Shown one piece after another: positions 1 to 8,892 of a DNA stretch of 64,000 nt (position 1 is its first letter; each line of letters opens with the position of its first letter). The DNA lies in NCBI GenBank assembly GCA_035656115.1, contig DASRTD010000076.1:18481-82480 (forward strand), written 5' to 3'. The DNA is from Mucilaginibacter sp. (GTDB lineage Bacteria; Bacteroidota; Bacteroidia; Sphingobacteriales; Sphingobacteriaceae). The translations under genes and the position numbers were made by a program. The notes beneath the pieces were generated by a model. The model did no database searches. It saw only the letters and a program-made list of their open reading frames with translations, and was not told where the DNA came from.

Positions 1-86
1 TTATAACCTTTTTCGGTTAAAAATAATATATGTGGTTTTAAAAGGTCGATCTCGTCGTCGGCCCAAAGGATAGTGGTATCTTGCAT
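1..86 (-). CDS. porX: PorX-family response regulator (receiver + PglZ domain), 5' part only; runs off the window
   Basis: Not in the ORF track. Manual translation from ATG at 86 gives [28 protein letters not shown], the typical PorX N-terminus. Divergent from HD-lpxD, the usual Bacteroidota arrangement. Confidence 0.85.
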   Translation of the reverse strand, partial: MQDTTILWADDEIDLLKPHILFLTEKGY

Positions 87-287
87 GTCTTTTTTTGTGT
101 ACTAGGTAATCCGCATTTAATCGATCTCCTTACAATCAGTGAAATCAAAAATTAATCGGTGAAATCATTTACAACTAACCCCAAATCACGCTATTTGTTA
201 TTGATAATAAGCTACATTAACAAAAATTAACAAATATACTACAGGGTTGTTACCTTTATTTTACATTTTTGCCGGCATTACAACACC

Positions 288-1517
288 TTGAATAAAAAGA
301 AGATCATAAACGACCCGGTTTACGGCTTTATCAGCATCCCGACTGAACTGGTGTTCGACCTTATTCAGCATCCTTATTTCCAGCGTTTAAGGTACATCAA
401 ACAACTGGGGATGACACACCTGGTTTATCCCGGCGCGCTGCATACCCGTTTTCACCACGCCCTGGGGGCAATGCATTTAATGGGCATGGCGATAGAAACC
501 CTGCGCAATAAGGGACATCAAATTTCGAACCATGAGGAAGAGGCTATCATAATTGCCATTTTGTTGCATGACGTGGGCCATGGGCCCTTCTCCCATGCGC
601 TGGAGGAGAGCATTGTCGAAGGGATTTCACACGAGGATATTTCAGCCATGCTGATGCAAAAACTCAACGTCCAATTCGGTGGAAGGCTAACGACAGCGAT
701 AGAAATATTTAAAGGCGGCTACCACCGTGAATTCCTGCATCAGCTTGTTTCAGGACAGCTGGATATGGATAGGATGGACTACCTGAACCGTGACAGCTTT
801 TTTACCGGCGTTTCAGAAGGGGTGATCAGCTCTGACCGTATTATCAAAATGCTTAATGTAAAGGATGACCAGATCGTGGTTGAAGAAAAGGGCATTTATT
901 CGGTCGAAAAATTTCTGATCGCGCGTAGGCTGATGTACTGGCAGGTTTACCTGCACAAAACCGTAATAGCTGCGGAGCAGCTGCTATCGCGCATCCTAAG
1001 GCGCAGCCGTGAACTTGCAGTATCTGGCGAGACGCTTTTCACCACTCCGGCCCTCAGCCATTTTCTAAAAAAGCCCATCAGCCGTGACGCTTTTATGAAT
1101 GAGGGCCATCACCTGGAGGCGTTTGCATCGCTGGATGATACCGACATTATGGCGGCCATAAAAGTTTGGGCCGGCAACGAAGACCCGGTTTTAGCTAAGC
1201 TGTGCACGGACATGGTGCACCGTGACCTGTATAAAGTGGACATTACAAACGAGCCGCCGAACAAAAAGTTTATTGAAGAACTGCGGTGGAAGGCCATCTC
1301 GCGGTATGGGATAACCGAGCATGACGCCTCGTACTTTGTATTCGACGATACCATACGCAATAATGCCTATCGCCCCGGCGATGGCGACATCCGCATTTTG
1401 ATGAAAGATGGCAGCATAAAAGATATCACCACCGCGAGCGATAACTCCAACCTGGAAGCATTAGCACGAACAGTAAAAAAGTACATCCTTTGTTATAAAA
1501 AAGACCTGGTTTTGTAG
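288..1517 (+). CDS. HD-superfamily phosphohydrolase (dNTP triphosphohydrolase-like)
   Basis: Motifs HTRFHHALG, LLHDVGHGPFSH and QLDMDRMDYLNRD. Confidence 0.9.
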   Translation: MNKKKIINDPVYGFISIPTELVFDLIQHPYFQRLRYIKQLGMTHLVYPGALHTRFHHALGAMHLMGMAIETLRNKGHQISNHEEEAIIIAILLHDVGHGPFSHALEESIVEGISHEDISAMLMQKLNVQFGGRLTTAIEIFKGGYHREFLHQLVSGQLDMDRMDYLNRDSFFTGVSEGVISSDRIIKMLNVKDDQIVVEEKGIYSVEKFLIARRLMYWQVYLHKTVIAAEQLLSRILRRSRELAVSGETLFTTPALSHFLKKPISRDAFMNEGHHLEAFASLDDTDIMAAIKVWAGNEDPVLAKLCTDMVHRDLYKVDITNEPPNKKFIEELRWKAISRYGITEHDASYFVFDDTIRNNAYRPGDGDIRILMKDGSIKDITTASDNSNLEALARTVKKYILCYKKDLVL

Positions 1518-1653
1518 CCTGGACGCTGGAAAAGCCCGAAAGTCCGAAGGATGAATAAGGTCAAGGTGCTGACATCTTTCTTCTTCCAGACTTTCGGACT
1601 TGCCGACTTTCGGACTTTTCGGACTTTCTCCAATAAATAATTAAATTTGCCCG

Positions 1654-2694
1654 ATGCAATTTACCGCACATGAATTAAGCTTGATGCTAAACGGAACTGT
1701 TGAGGGCGATCCTTCGGTTGCGGTAAATCAGCTAGCCAAAATAGAAGAGGCCCGGGCCGGGTCGTTATCGTTCCTGGCAAATCCTAAATACGAGCAGTAT
1801 CTATACACTACCAATGCATCGGTGGTGATTGTTAATAATGACCAGGTGCTTGCGCAGCCCGTTAAAGCAACGCTAATAAAAGTGCCTAACGCCTACAGCG
1901 CCATAACCGTTTTGCTGGAAAAATATAACACCATTAAGCTAAACAAAACCGGCATTGAGCAGCCCAGCTTTATCCACCCCTCGGCAAAGGTTGGCGGCAA
2001 CGCCTATATCGGCGCCTTTGCTTACATCGGGCTAAATGTTAAAATAGGTAATAACTGCAAAATCTACCCCGGTTGTTTTATTGCAGATGATGTAATTTTA
2101 GGCGACAATGTAACGTTGTTTCCGGGGGTAAAGATTTATTTTGACTGCGTAATTGGAAATAACGTGATTATCCACTCGGGAACTGTGATAGGAGCTGACG
2201 GGTTTGGTTTTGCGCCAGTCGGCGACGGAACCTATACCAAGATAAGCCAGATTGGCAATGTTGTTATAGAGGATGATGTAGAGATTGGCTCAAATACAAC
2301 GGTCGACCGGGCGACGATGGGATCAACCGTTATTCGCAAAGGCGTGAAGCTGGATAACCTGATACAAATCGCCCACAACGTTGAGATCGGGTCGAACACG
2401 GTAGTTGCGGCGCAGACCGGTATTTCAGGAAGCACCAAGATAGGCGAAAACTGTATCATTGGTGGACAGGTAGGTATTGTAGGGCATATCACTATCGCAA
2501 AGGGATCGCAGATACAGGCACAGTCAGGTGTAAGCAGGGCGATAACAGAAGAGGGCAAAAAATGGATGGGCTCACCTGCATTTCCGCTGAGCGACCACAT
2601 GCGGTCCCAGATCGTGATCAACCGGCTGCCGGCGCTTGAAAAAAGAATTGACGAACTTGAAAAAATAATTACGGAATTGAAAAAAAGTCATTAG
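1654..2694 (+). CDS. lpxD: UDP-3-O-(3-hydroxyacyl)glucosamine N-acyltransferase
   Basis: Hexapeptide repeats; GADGFGF and [15 protein letters not shown] motifs. Confidence 0.97.
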   Translation: MQFTAHELSLMLNGTVEGDPSVAVNQLAKIEEARAGSLSFLANPKYEQYLYTTNASVVIVNNDQVLAQPVKATLIKVPNAYSAITVLLEKYNTIKLNKTGIEQPSFIHPSAKVGGNAYIGAFAYIGLNVKIGNNCKIYPGCFIADDVILGDNVTLFPGVKIYFDCVIGNNVIIHSGTVIGADGFGFAPVGDGTYTKISQIGNVVIEDDVEIGSNTTVDRATMGSTVIRKGVKLDNLIQIAHNVEIGSNTVVAAQTGISGSTKIGENCIIGGQVGIVGHITIAKGSQIQAQSGVSRAITEEGKKWMGSPAFPLSDHMRSQIVINRLPALEKRIDELEKIITELKKSH

Positions 2695-2749
2695 TCATTG
2701 GTTTATTCAATATCCCAATCACCAATGACCAATGACCAATGACTAAAAC

Positions 2750-4159
2750 ATGAATGTAAAACAACGAACTATTAAGGCGCCGGTATCAGTTTCGGGCACC
2801 GGTTTACACACCGGCGAACGCGTTACCATGACCTTTAACCCTGCGCCGGAAAATCACGGTTATAAATTCAGAAGGATTGACGTGGAAGGACAGCCAGTGA
2901 TTGACGCTGATTGCGATAACGTAACCGATACTTCACGGGGAACCACGATATCGCAAAACGGGGCAAGCGTAAGCACCATCGAACATGTGTTAGCGGCGCT
3001 GGTAGGATTGGAGATTGACAATGTGCTGATTGATATGGACGGACCTGAGACGCCGATTATGGATGGCAGTTCGATCCAGTTTGTGGAGGCTATAAAAGAA
3101 ACCGGGTTAGCTGAGCAGGAAGCTGACCGCGAGTATTACCACATTCCGTATAACATTCATTATTCTGAACCTGACCGGAAGGTTGAAATGGTGGCCATGC
3201 CGCTGGACGATTATCGTTTTACCTGTATGGTCGACTATAACTCGCAGGTGCTGGGCAGCCAGCACGCAAGTATTTCGACCATATCCGAATTTAATAAGGA
3301 AATTGCCTCATGCCGAACCTTTTGCTTCCTGCACGAACTGGAAATGCTTTTGCAGCACGACCTGATAAAAGGCGGTGATTTGAACAACGCCATCGTAGTC
3401 GTGGATAAAGAGGTGGATGAAGAGGAGTTGCAACACCTGGCCAAAATTTTTCACCGGCCGGATATTAAAGTTGCTCCCCAGGGTATTTTAAATAACATAG
3501 AGCTCCGTCACCAAAACGAGCCGGCGCGCCATAAGCTGCTAGACATGATCGGCGATTTGGCGTTAGTAGGTGTACCGCTGCGCGGCCATATTATGGCTGC
3601 CCGGCCCGGCCATGCGGCTAACGTTGCTTTTGCCAAAAAGATCAAAACGCTGATTAAAAAGGAGCGTAGCCGCAAGCACATCAAACAGTACGACCCGAAC
3701 ATGAAGCCTGTTTATGATGTTACCCAAATCATGAACATTCTTCCGCACCGGCAGCCGTTTTTGATGATAGATAAAATATTGGAGCTGACCAAAAGCAACG
3801 TGGTGGGACTGAAGAATGTCACCATGAACGAAGATTTGTTCGCGGGGCATTTCCCCGGCATGCCTTTGTTCCCCGGTGTGCTGCAGATAGAGGCCATGGC
3901 GCAAACAGGGGGCATCCTGGTATTGAACACCGTACCCGATCCGGAAAATTATATTACCCTGTTCCTTAAAATTGAGAATGCCAGGTTTAAAGCCCCCGTT
4001 GTGCCCGGCGATACCCTTATTTTCCATTGCAGCCTGATCGCGCCCATCCGCAGGGGTATCGCACAGATGAAAGGCGTCGGCATGGTAGGCGAACGTATTG
4101 TGGTTGAGGCCGAGCTGATGGCGCAAATTGTTAAAAGACAAAAAACTGAAGAAGCATGA
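2750..4159 (+). CDS. lpxC: Bifunctional UDP-3-O-acyl-GlcNAc deacetylase / 3-hydroxyacyl-ACP dehydratase (LpxC-FabZ fusion)
   Basis: N-terminal KQRTIK..GTGLHTG, TIEHVLAAL and HKLLDMIGD (LpxC); C-terminal LPHRQPFLMIDK and GHFPGMPLFPGVLQIEAMAQ (FabZ). Confidence 0.97.
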   Translation: MNVKQRTIKAPVSVSGTGLHTGERVTMTFNPAPENHGYKFRRIDVEGQPVIDADCDNVTDTSRGTTISQNGASVSTIEHVLAALVGLEIDNVLIDMDGPETPIMDGSSIQFVEAIKETGLAEQEADREYYHIPYNIHYSEPDRKVEMVAMPLDDYRFTCMVDYNSQVLGSQHASISTISEFNKEIASCRTFCFLHELEMLLQHDLIKGGDLNNAIVVVDKEVDEEELQHLAKIFHRPDIKVAPQGILNNIELRHQNEPARHKLLDMIGDLALVGVPLRGHIMAARPGHAANVAFAKKIKTLIKKERSRKHIKQYDPNMKPVYDVTQIMNILPHRQPFLMIDKILELTKSNVVGLKNVTMNEDLFAGHFPGMPLFPGVLQIEAMAQTGGILVLNTVPDPENYITLFLKIENARFKAPVVPGDTLIFHCSLIAPIRRGIAQMKGVGMVGERIVVEAELMAQIVKRQKTEEA

Positions 4160-4941
4160 TCCAGCCCCTGGCATACATACACCCGCAGGCCAAAATAGCC
4201 GACAACGTGGTGATTGAACCGTTTGTTACTATCCACAAGGATGTTGAAGTTGGCGAAGGGACCTGGATAGGTTCAAACAGCACAATTATGGATGGCGCCC
4301 GTATCGGCAAAAATTGCCGGATTTTCCCCGGCGCCGTCGTTTCCGCCCCACCCCAGGATTTGAAATACCGCGGTGAGCAAAGTACCGTAACTGTTGGCGA
4401 TAACACGGTTATCCGCGAATGTGTAACCCTTAACCGCGGTACCGCGCTGGATAAAAACACCACCACAATCGGCGCCAATTGCCTGTTGATGGCCTATGTG
4501 CACGTTGCGCACGATTGTGTGATTGGCGACAATGTCATCATTGCTAACTCCGTTCAGTTGGCCGGTCATATCAATGTTTACGATTATGCCTTTATCGGCG
4601 GCACCTCGGCGGTGCACCAGTTTGTAGAGATCGGCGCACACAGTATGATCTCCGGTGGCTCGTTGGTGCGTAAGGACGTCCCTCCATACACCAAGGCAGG
4701 GCGCGAGCCGCTGTCGTATATCGGTATAAATTCTGTCGGCCTGAGGCGTCGCGGCTATTCAGCGGCGACCATCAACGAGATACAGGAAATTTACCGCATC
4801 ATCTTCCTGAAGAAATACAACGTTACCAAAGCCCTGGATATCATCGAAGCGGAATTTAACCCAACAGTTGAACGGGACGAGATCATCAACTTTGTGCAAA
4901 ACTCGCAGCGGGGGATTATGAAAGGGTTCGGGAATTCGTGA
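4156..4941 (+). CDS. lpxA: Acyl-ACP--UDP-GlcNAc O-acyltransferase
   Basis: Hexapeptide repeats; PQDLKY and HVAHDCVIG motifs; ATGA overlap with lpxC. Confidence 0.97.
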   Translation: MIQPLAYIHPQAKIADNVVIEPFVTIHKDVEVGEGTWIGSNSTIMDGARIGKNCRIFPGAVVSAPPQDLKYRGEQSTVTVGDNTVIRECVTLNRGTALDKNTTTIGANCLLMAYVHVAHDCVIGDNVIIANSVQLAGHINVYDYAFIGGTSAVHQFVEIGAHSMISGGSLVRKDVPPYTKAGREPLSYIGINSVGLRRRGYSAATINEIQEIYRIIFLKKYNVTKALDIIEAEFNPTVERDEIINFVQNSQRGIMKGFGNS

Positions 4942-5031
4942 GTTGAGTCCATGGTCCATAGTCCGTAGACCATGGCAAGAAGTATAATTTTAACCATTAA
5001 CTTCTATGGACCATGGTCTATGGACAACAAA

Positions 5032-5664
5032 ATGCAAATCATCCTCAATAACATTGGCCGCCGCTTTAACCGCGACTGGATATTCCGGGGGGTTAACTAT
5101 ACTTTTCAATCGGGCAGCATTTATGCAATCCTTGGGCCGAATGGGTCGGGGAAATCTACTTTGTTACAGGTTTTGAACGGGAGCCTGGGGCCATCGGCCG
5201 GGAAGATCAGTTATGTTTATGATCAAAAGCCGGTTGAAGTGGAAGACGTTTTCCAGCACCTCAGCCTGGCCGCGCCGTACCTGGAGCTGATAGAAGATTT
5301 CTCGCTGAGCGAGATGATCGATTTCCATTTCAAATTCAAAGCTTACACAAATGGGATGGATAAAGAGCTGGTGACCGATATCCTGGCGCTGCCCGGCAGC
5401 AAAAACAAGCTGATCAAATATTTTTCATCGGGGATGAAGCAACGGCTCAAACTGGCGCTGGCCTTTTGCTCGGATACGCCCATGCTGATGCTGGACGAGC
5501 CCACCTCAAACCTGGATACCCAGGGCGTCGACTGGTATTTAAGCCTGGTACAAAAATTTGCCGAAAACCGGCTCACCATTATCTGCTCCAACCAGTTGCA
5601 TGAATACAGTTTTTGTAATGAATCGCTGAATATTGCTGATTATAAGGCTAAAGGTGAAAGGTGA
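5032..5664 (+). CDS. ABC transporter ATP-binding protein
   Basis: Walker A GPNGSGKST, signature FSSGMKQR, Walker B LMLDEP. Start moved from 4972 to ATG 5032 because the longer N-terminus is translated repeat hairpin. Confidence 0.88.
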   Translation: MQIILNNIGRRFNRDWIFRGVNYTFQSGSIYAILGPNGSGKSTLLQVLNGSLGPSAGKISYVYDQKPVEVEDVFQHLSLAAPYLELIEDFSLSEMIDFHFKFKAYTNGMDKELVTDILALPGSKNKLIKYFSSGMKQRLKLALAFCSDTPMLMLDEPTSNLDTQGVDWYLSLVQKFAENRLTIICSNQLHEYSFCNESLNIADYKAKGER

Positions 5665-5720
5665 AACGTTGACCCGGTATACACCCATGCCCATATTGCT
5701 GCCGCCAACGGCTACCGGTA

Positions 5721-5815
5721 CACCTGAACCACCCGGCACAGGTGAATACACCTGGGACACCTGGTACACTAATTTTTTCTTTAATTCGCTTGTTTTTATC
5801 AAGAATTTTCTTTAT
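5721..5815 (+). repeat. 95-bp dispersed repeat, copy 1
   Basis: 87/95 identity by manual alignment to the reverse complement of 43955..44049. Confidence 0.9.
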
Positions 5816-6037
5816 AGTTTTTATCTTCAATTCCTTTAGGCCAGGCCGGTTTATTCTTCATCGCATATCATCCTTACTGCCACTCCTACTGCCACTGCCA
5901 CTGCCACCGCCGCTACAAATCGCCCGTCATCTTTAAATCATTTATCAATCTGTTCCGATTTATACAACTCAAGCGCCGGCCGGCTGGATATCTTTGCCAT
6001 CGATATTTAAATAACCAACAGTATTGAACTTTGTAAA

Positions 6038-6997
6038 ATGAAAGCACTCACCTTATCGGCGCCCGGAAAATCTGATGTATTGGAATATAAAGACCTGGCC
6101 GCACCTGTGTTGAAAGCTGATGAAATATTAGTAAAAATGGAAGCTATCGGCCTCAACTTTGCCGACATTATGCGCAGGAACGGAACTTATCCCTTAAGGG
6201 GCAATGCACCGTACATAAATGGCTACGAAGGCGCCGGGGTAGTGGTTGACAGTAACCATAATACGCAATTTAAAGTGGGTGACAGAATAGGTTTTGCCGA
6301 CGTTCCGTTTGCAAACGCCGAACTGGTGGCCGTTCCGGTTAGTCATGCCATCCCGCTGCCTGTGGATATTACCTTTGAAACGGCGGCTTCGGTGCTGCTG
6401 CAGGGGCTTACCGCGCAATTCCTGACATCCGACAGTCACCTGGTAAAACCCGGGGAAACGTTGCTTGTACACGCTGCAGCGGGCGGCGTGGGGCAGCTGC
6501 TGATACAGGTGTGCAAGCTGCTGGGCGCCACGGTAATCGGTTTAACATCTTCGGAAAACAAAAAAGCTATTTGCCTTTCATTGGGCGCCGATCATGTTTT
6601 TTTATACGACGAAGACTGGAAAACCAAAACCTTAGCCCTGTTTCCAAACGGGGTCGACGCGGTTTATGAAAGCGTAGGGAGTACCATGAAGGAGAGCCTT
6701 GAGGTAACCAGGATTCGCGGGCAAGTGGTGCTTTTCGGGCTGGCAGGCGATAAATTGGAATTAGGCAACCCATTATGGATAATAGCACATTCAAAAACCA
6801 TAACGGGCGGTGATCTATGGAATTACCTCACCTCAGGCGAAGAACGCATTAAAAGGGCGCAGCAATTGTTTGGATGGGTGCGCAGCAAGCAACTGACGAT
6901 ATCGGCCCCCGCGCGTTTTAAACTTTCGGAAGGCAGGCAGGCGCATGATTTTTTGGAAAGCCGGAAAAGTACAGGAAAAATTTTGTTAATACCCTAA
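6038..6997 (+). CDS. qor: NADPH:quinone oxidoreductase (zinc-independent MDR family)
   Basis: IGLNFADIMRRNG, GYEGAGVV and LVHAAAGGVGQLL motifs. Confidence 0.88.
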   Translation: MKALTLSAPGKSDVLEYKDLAAPVLKADEILVKMEAIGLNFADIMRRNGTYPLRGNAPYINGYEGAGVVVDSNHNTQFKVGDRIGFADVPFANAELVAVPVSHAIPLPVDITFETAASVLLQGLTAQFLTSDSHLVKPGETLLVHAAAGGVGQLLIQVCKLLGATVIGLTSSENKKAICLSLGADHVFLYDEDWKTKTLALFPNGVDAVYESVGSTMKESLEVTRIRGQVVLFGLAGDKLELGNPLWIIAHSKTITGGDLWNYLTSGEERIKRAQQLFGWVRSKQLTISAPARFKLSEGRQAHDFLESRKSTGKILLIP

Positions 6998-7078
6998 TAC
7001 ACCATCCACGCTGCCGCAAACTTCCAGTCAGGCTTGCGGCAGCGAAAATTACTTGCGGTAGCAAGGTGATGTCTTTTA

Positions 7079-7486
7079 TCAGGCCTGAAGTTTACGGGAT
7101 ATTGGGCGAAGATACCAGGATAACATAAGGATCCCTGCGAATAGCAGTGGCGATATCCACGCATTAGCGCCATCACCTACCGTAACGTGCGAAACTAATG
7201 CTAAAGTGTATTCAAAAAACAAGCCAGCATAAGCCCATTCCTTGAGCCGGGGGAAACGAGGGGCAAGCAACGCGACTAAAGCAAGTACTCTTAATACCCC
7301 CAGGATGGTAAGAAGGTAGACAGGGTATCCCAAATGGGCGGCTAATTTGCTGAAGACCGGAAACCTTGTGAGGTCAAAATACGCCCCTGCAGCTACCTGC
7401 AAAGCGATTATTCCTGTGGTAATCCAGTAGGCAATGAGGCGGCCGCGCGGGGTGGCAGGCGAATTTATGTTATTATTTTCCAGCAT
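7079..7486 (-). CDS. DoxX-like family membrane protein
   Basis: Four hydrophobic segments; HLGYPVY and RLKEWAYAG motifs. Confidence 0.8.
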   Translation of the reverse strand: MLENNNINSPATPRGRLIAYWITTGIIALQVAAGAYFDLTRFPVFSKLAAHLGYPVYLLTILGVLRVLALVALLAPRFPRLKEWAYAGLFFEYTLALVSHVTVGDGANAWISPLLFAGILMLSWYLRPISRKLQA

Positions 7487-7500
7487 GATCTTTATTTATT

Positions 7501-7522
7501 GTACGGAATTAATTATCCGTAC
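7501..7522. promoter_or_regulatory. Palindromic operator candidate upstream of the doxX-like gene
   Basis: GTACGGA-N8-TCCGTAC, perfect 7-bp arms, 15 bp before the start codon. Confidence 0.5.
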
Positions 7523-7870
7523 CACAATGAAGACTGAGAAAGATGAAATGGGACAAAAAGAAGAAATATTTTATTTTACAGTATTAGTCTTCGCAGGGTC
7601 TCTCGCAGAGGACCCTGCGCCGCGTGCAAAAAATACATTGTTAGTTACGTCTTATTAAAACAATCGCGTTAGGTGTAGCGGCTACCTGTTCGCGGCGCGC
7701 CTTTGTGCCGCAGGCCCAGTCCCAGACTCACGCTTGAAGGAGAATTTTGGCTTATATTTGATTTTCTTGGATTTTTATTTGATTATCGTTAATCCAGGCA
7801 CATCCGGTGGCGGTAACTTTGCGCCGGCAATCATTCAAATCCAGCATCATAAGATTTTAAAATAAAACCC

Positions 7871-8716
7871 ATGAAAGAACAACCTGTAAAAGTGATCGTT
7901 GTGATCGGCGCCGGATCGATCGGCCAGGCAATTGCCCGGCGGGTGAGTGCCGGAAAACACGTATTGCTGGCCGACCTTCGCGCCGAAAACAACGATGCGG
8001 CCGCAAAAGTGCTGGGCGAAGCCGGTTTCGAAGTGAGCACCGCCATCGTTGACGTATCGTCGGGGGATTCGGTTCAAGCGCTTGTTGCAAAGGCCACGGC
8101 AATCGGCGGCGTTTACGGGCTTATCCATGCTGCGGGGGTATCGCCTTCGCAGGCCTCTCCGGCCACCATTCTTAAGGTGGATTTATATGGAACAGCGCTG
8201 ATACTCGAAGAGTTTGGCAAAGTGATGGAAAGCGGCGGTTCGGGCGTGGTGATCGCTTCACAATCGGGCCACCGGCTACCGGCATTAACGCCCGAACAAA
8301 ATAAAGCGCTTGCAACGACCCCTGTGGAAGAATTGTTGTCGCTTCCTTTTCTTCAACCCGATCAGGTAAAAGATTCGCTGCATGCCTATCAGTTATCCAA
8401 ACGGGGCAACTCGTTGCGGGTGATGGCGGAAGCGGTACAATGGGGCAAACGGGGCGCAAGAATCAATACCATCAGCCCCGGGATTATCATTACCCCTTTG
8501 GCAAAAGACGAACTGAGCGGGCCGCGTGGTGATGGGTATCGACGGATGATCGGGCTTTCGGCCGTGGGGCGGGCCGGTACCCCCGATGAAGTGGGCAACG
8601 TAGGGGCCCTGCTAATGGGCTCCGACGGCGCATTTATTACCGGAAGTGATTTTTTGATGGATGGCGGAGTTACGGCAGCATATTGGTATGGCGAGCTGGC
8701 GCCGAAGGCGGAATAA
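7871..8716 (+). CDS. SDR family oxidoreductase
   Basis: VIGAGSIG Rossmann motif, YQLSK catalytic YxxxK, C-terminal ITGSDFLMDGG. Confidence 0.9.
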   Translation: MKEQPVKVIVVIGAGSIGQAIARRVSAGKHVLLADLRAENNDAAAKVLGEAGFEVSTAIVDVSSGDSVQALVAKATAIGGVYGLIHAAGVSPSQASPATILKVDLYGTALILEEFGKVMESGGSGVVIASQSGHRLPALTPEQNKALATTPVEELLSLPFLQPDQVKDSLHAYQLSKRGNSLRVMAEAVQWGKRGARINTISPGIIITPLAKDELSGPRGDGYRRMIGLSAVGRAGTPDEVGNVGALLMGSDGAFITGSDFLMDGGVTAAYWYGELAPKAE

Positions 8717-8892
8717 TTTTTGTTCAGCCACGCCAAATCTGGCGAGCTTGGTTCGGCACCTCACGCGCTAAGTCCCCACGCGATAGATCGTCCAGAGATA
8801 GGCTGCCCGTCAGCTGGCTACCTGTGGGATGAGGTTCCGAAACGAGTTCGGCATGACTTTTTTACCTTTTACCTTTCGCCTTTCACCTCTCC

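Noticed and set aside
3563-4174. Long antisense or overlapping ORFs (for example 3563..4174, 11316..11948, 17182..18000, 18649..19299)
   Set aside because: They are shadows of well-supported genes on the other strand or frame and contain no recognisable motifs.
4972-5031. N-terminal extensions in the ORF track (also 40445..40498, 22758..22808, 19852..19899)
   Set aside because: They translate repeat, operator or promoter DNA; downstream starts fit family N-termini or signal peptides better.
5742-5936. Small ORFs starting MNTPGTPGTLIFS (also 43879..44097 on the minus strand)
   Set aside because: They are translations of the 95-bp repeat and diverge completely outside it; there is no support for proteins.
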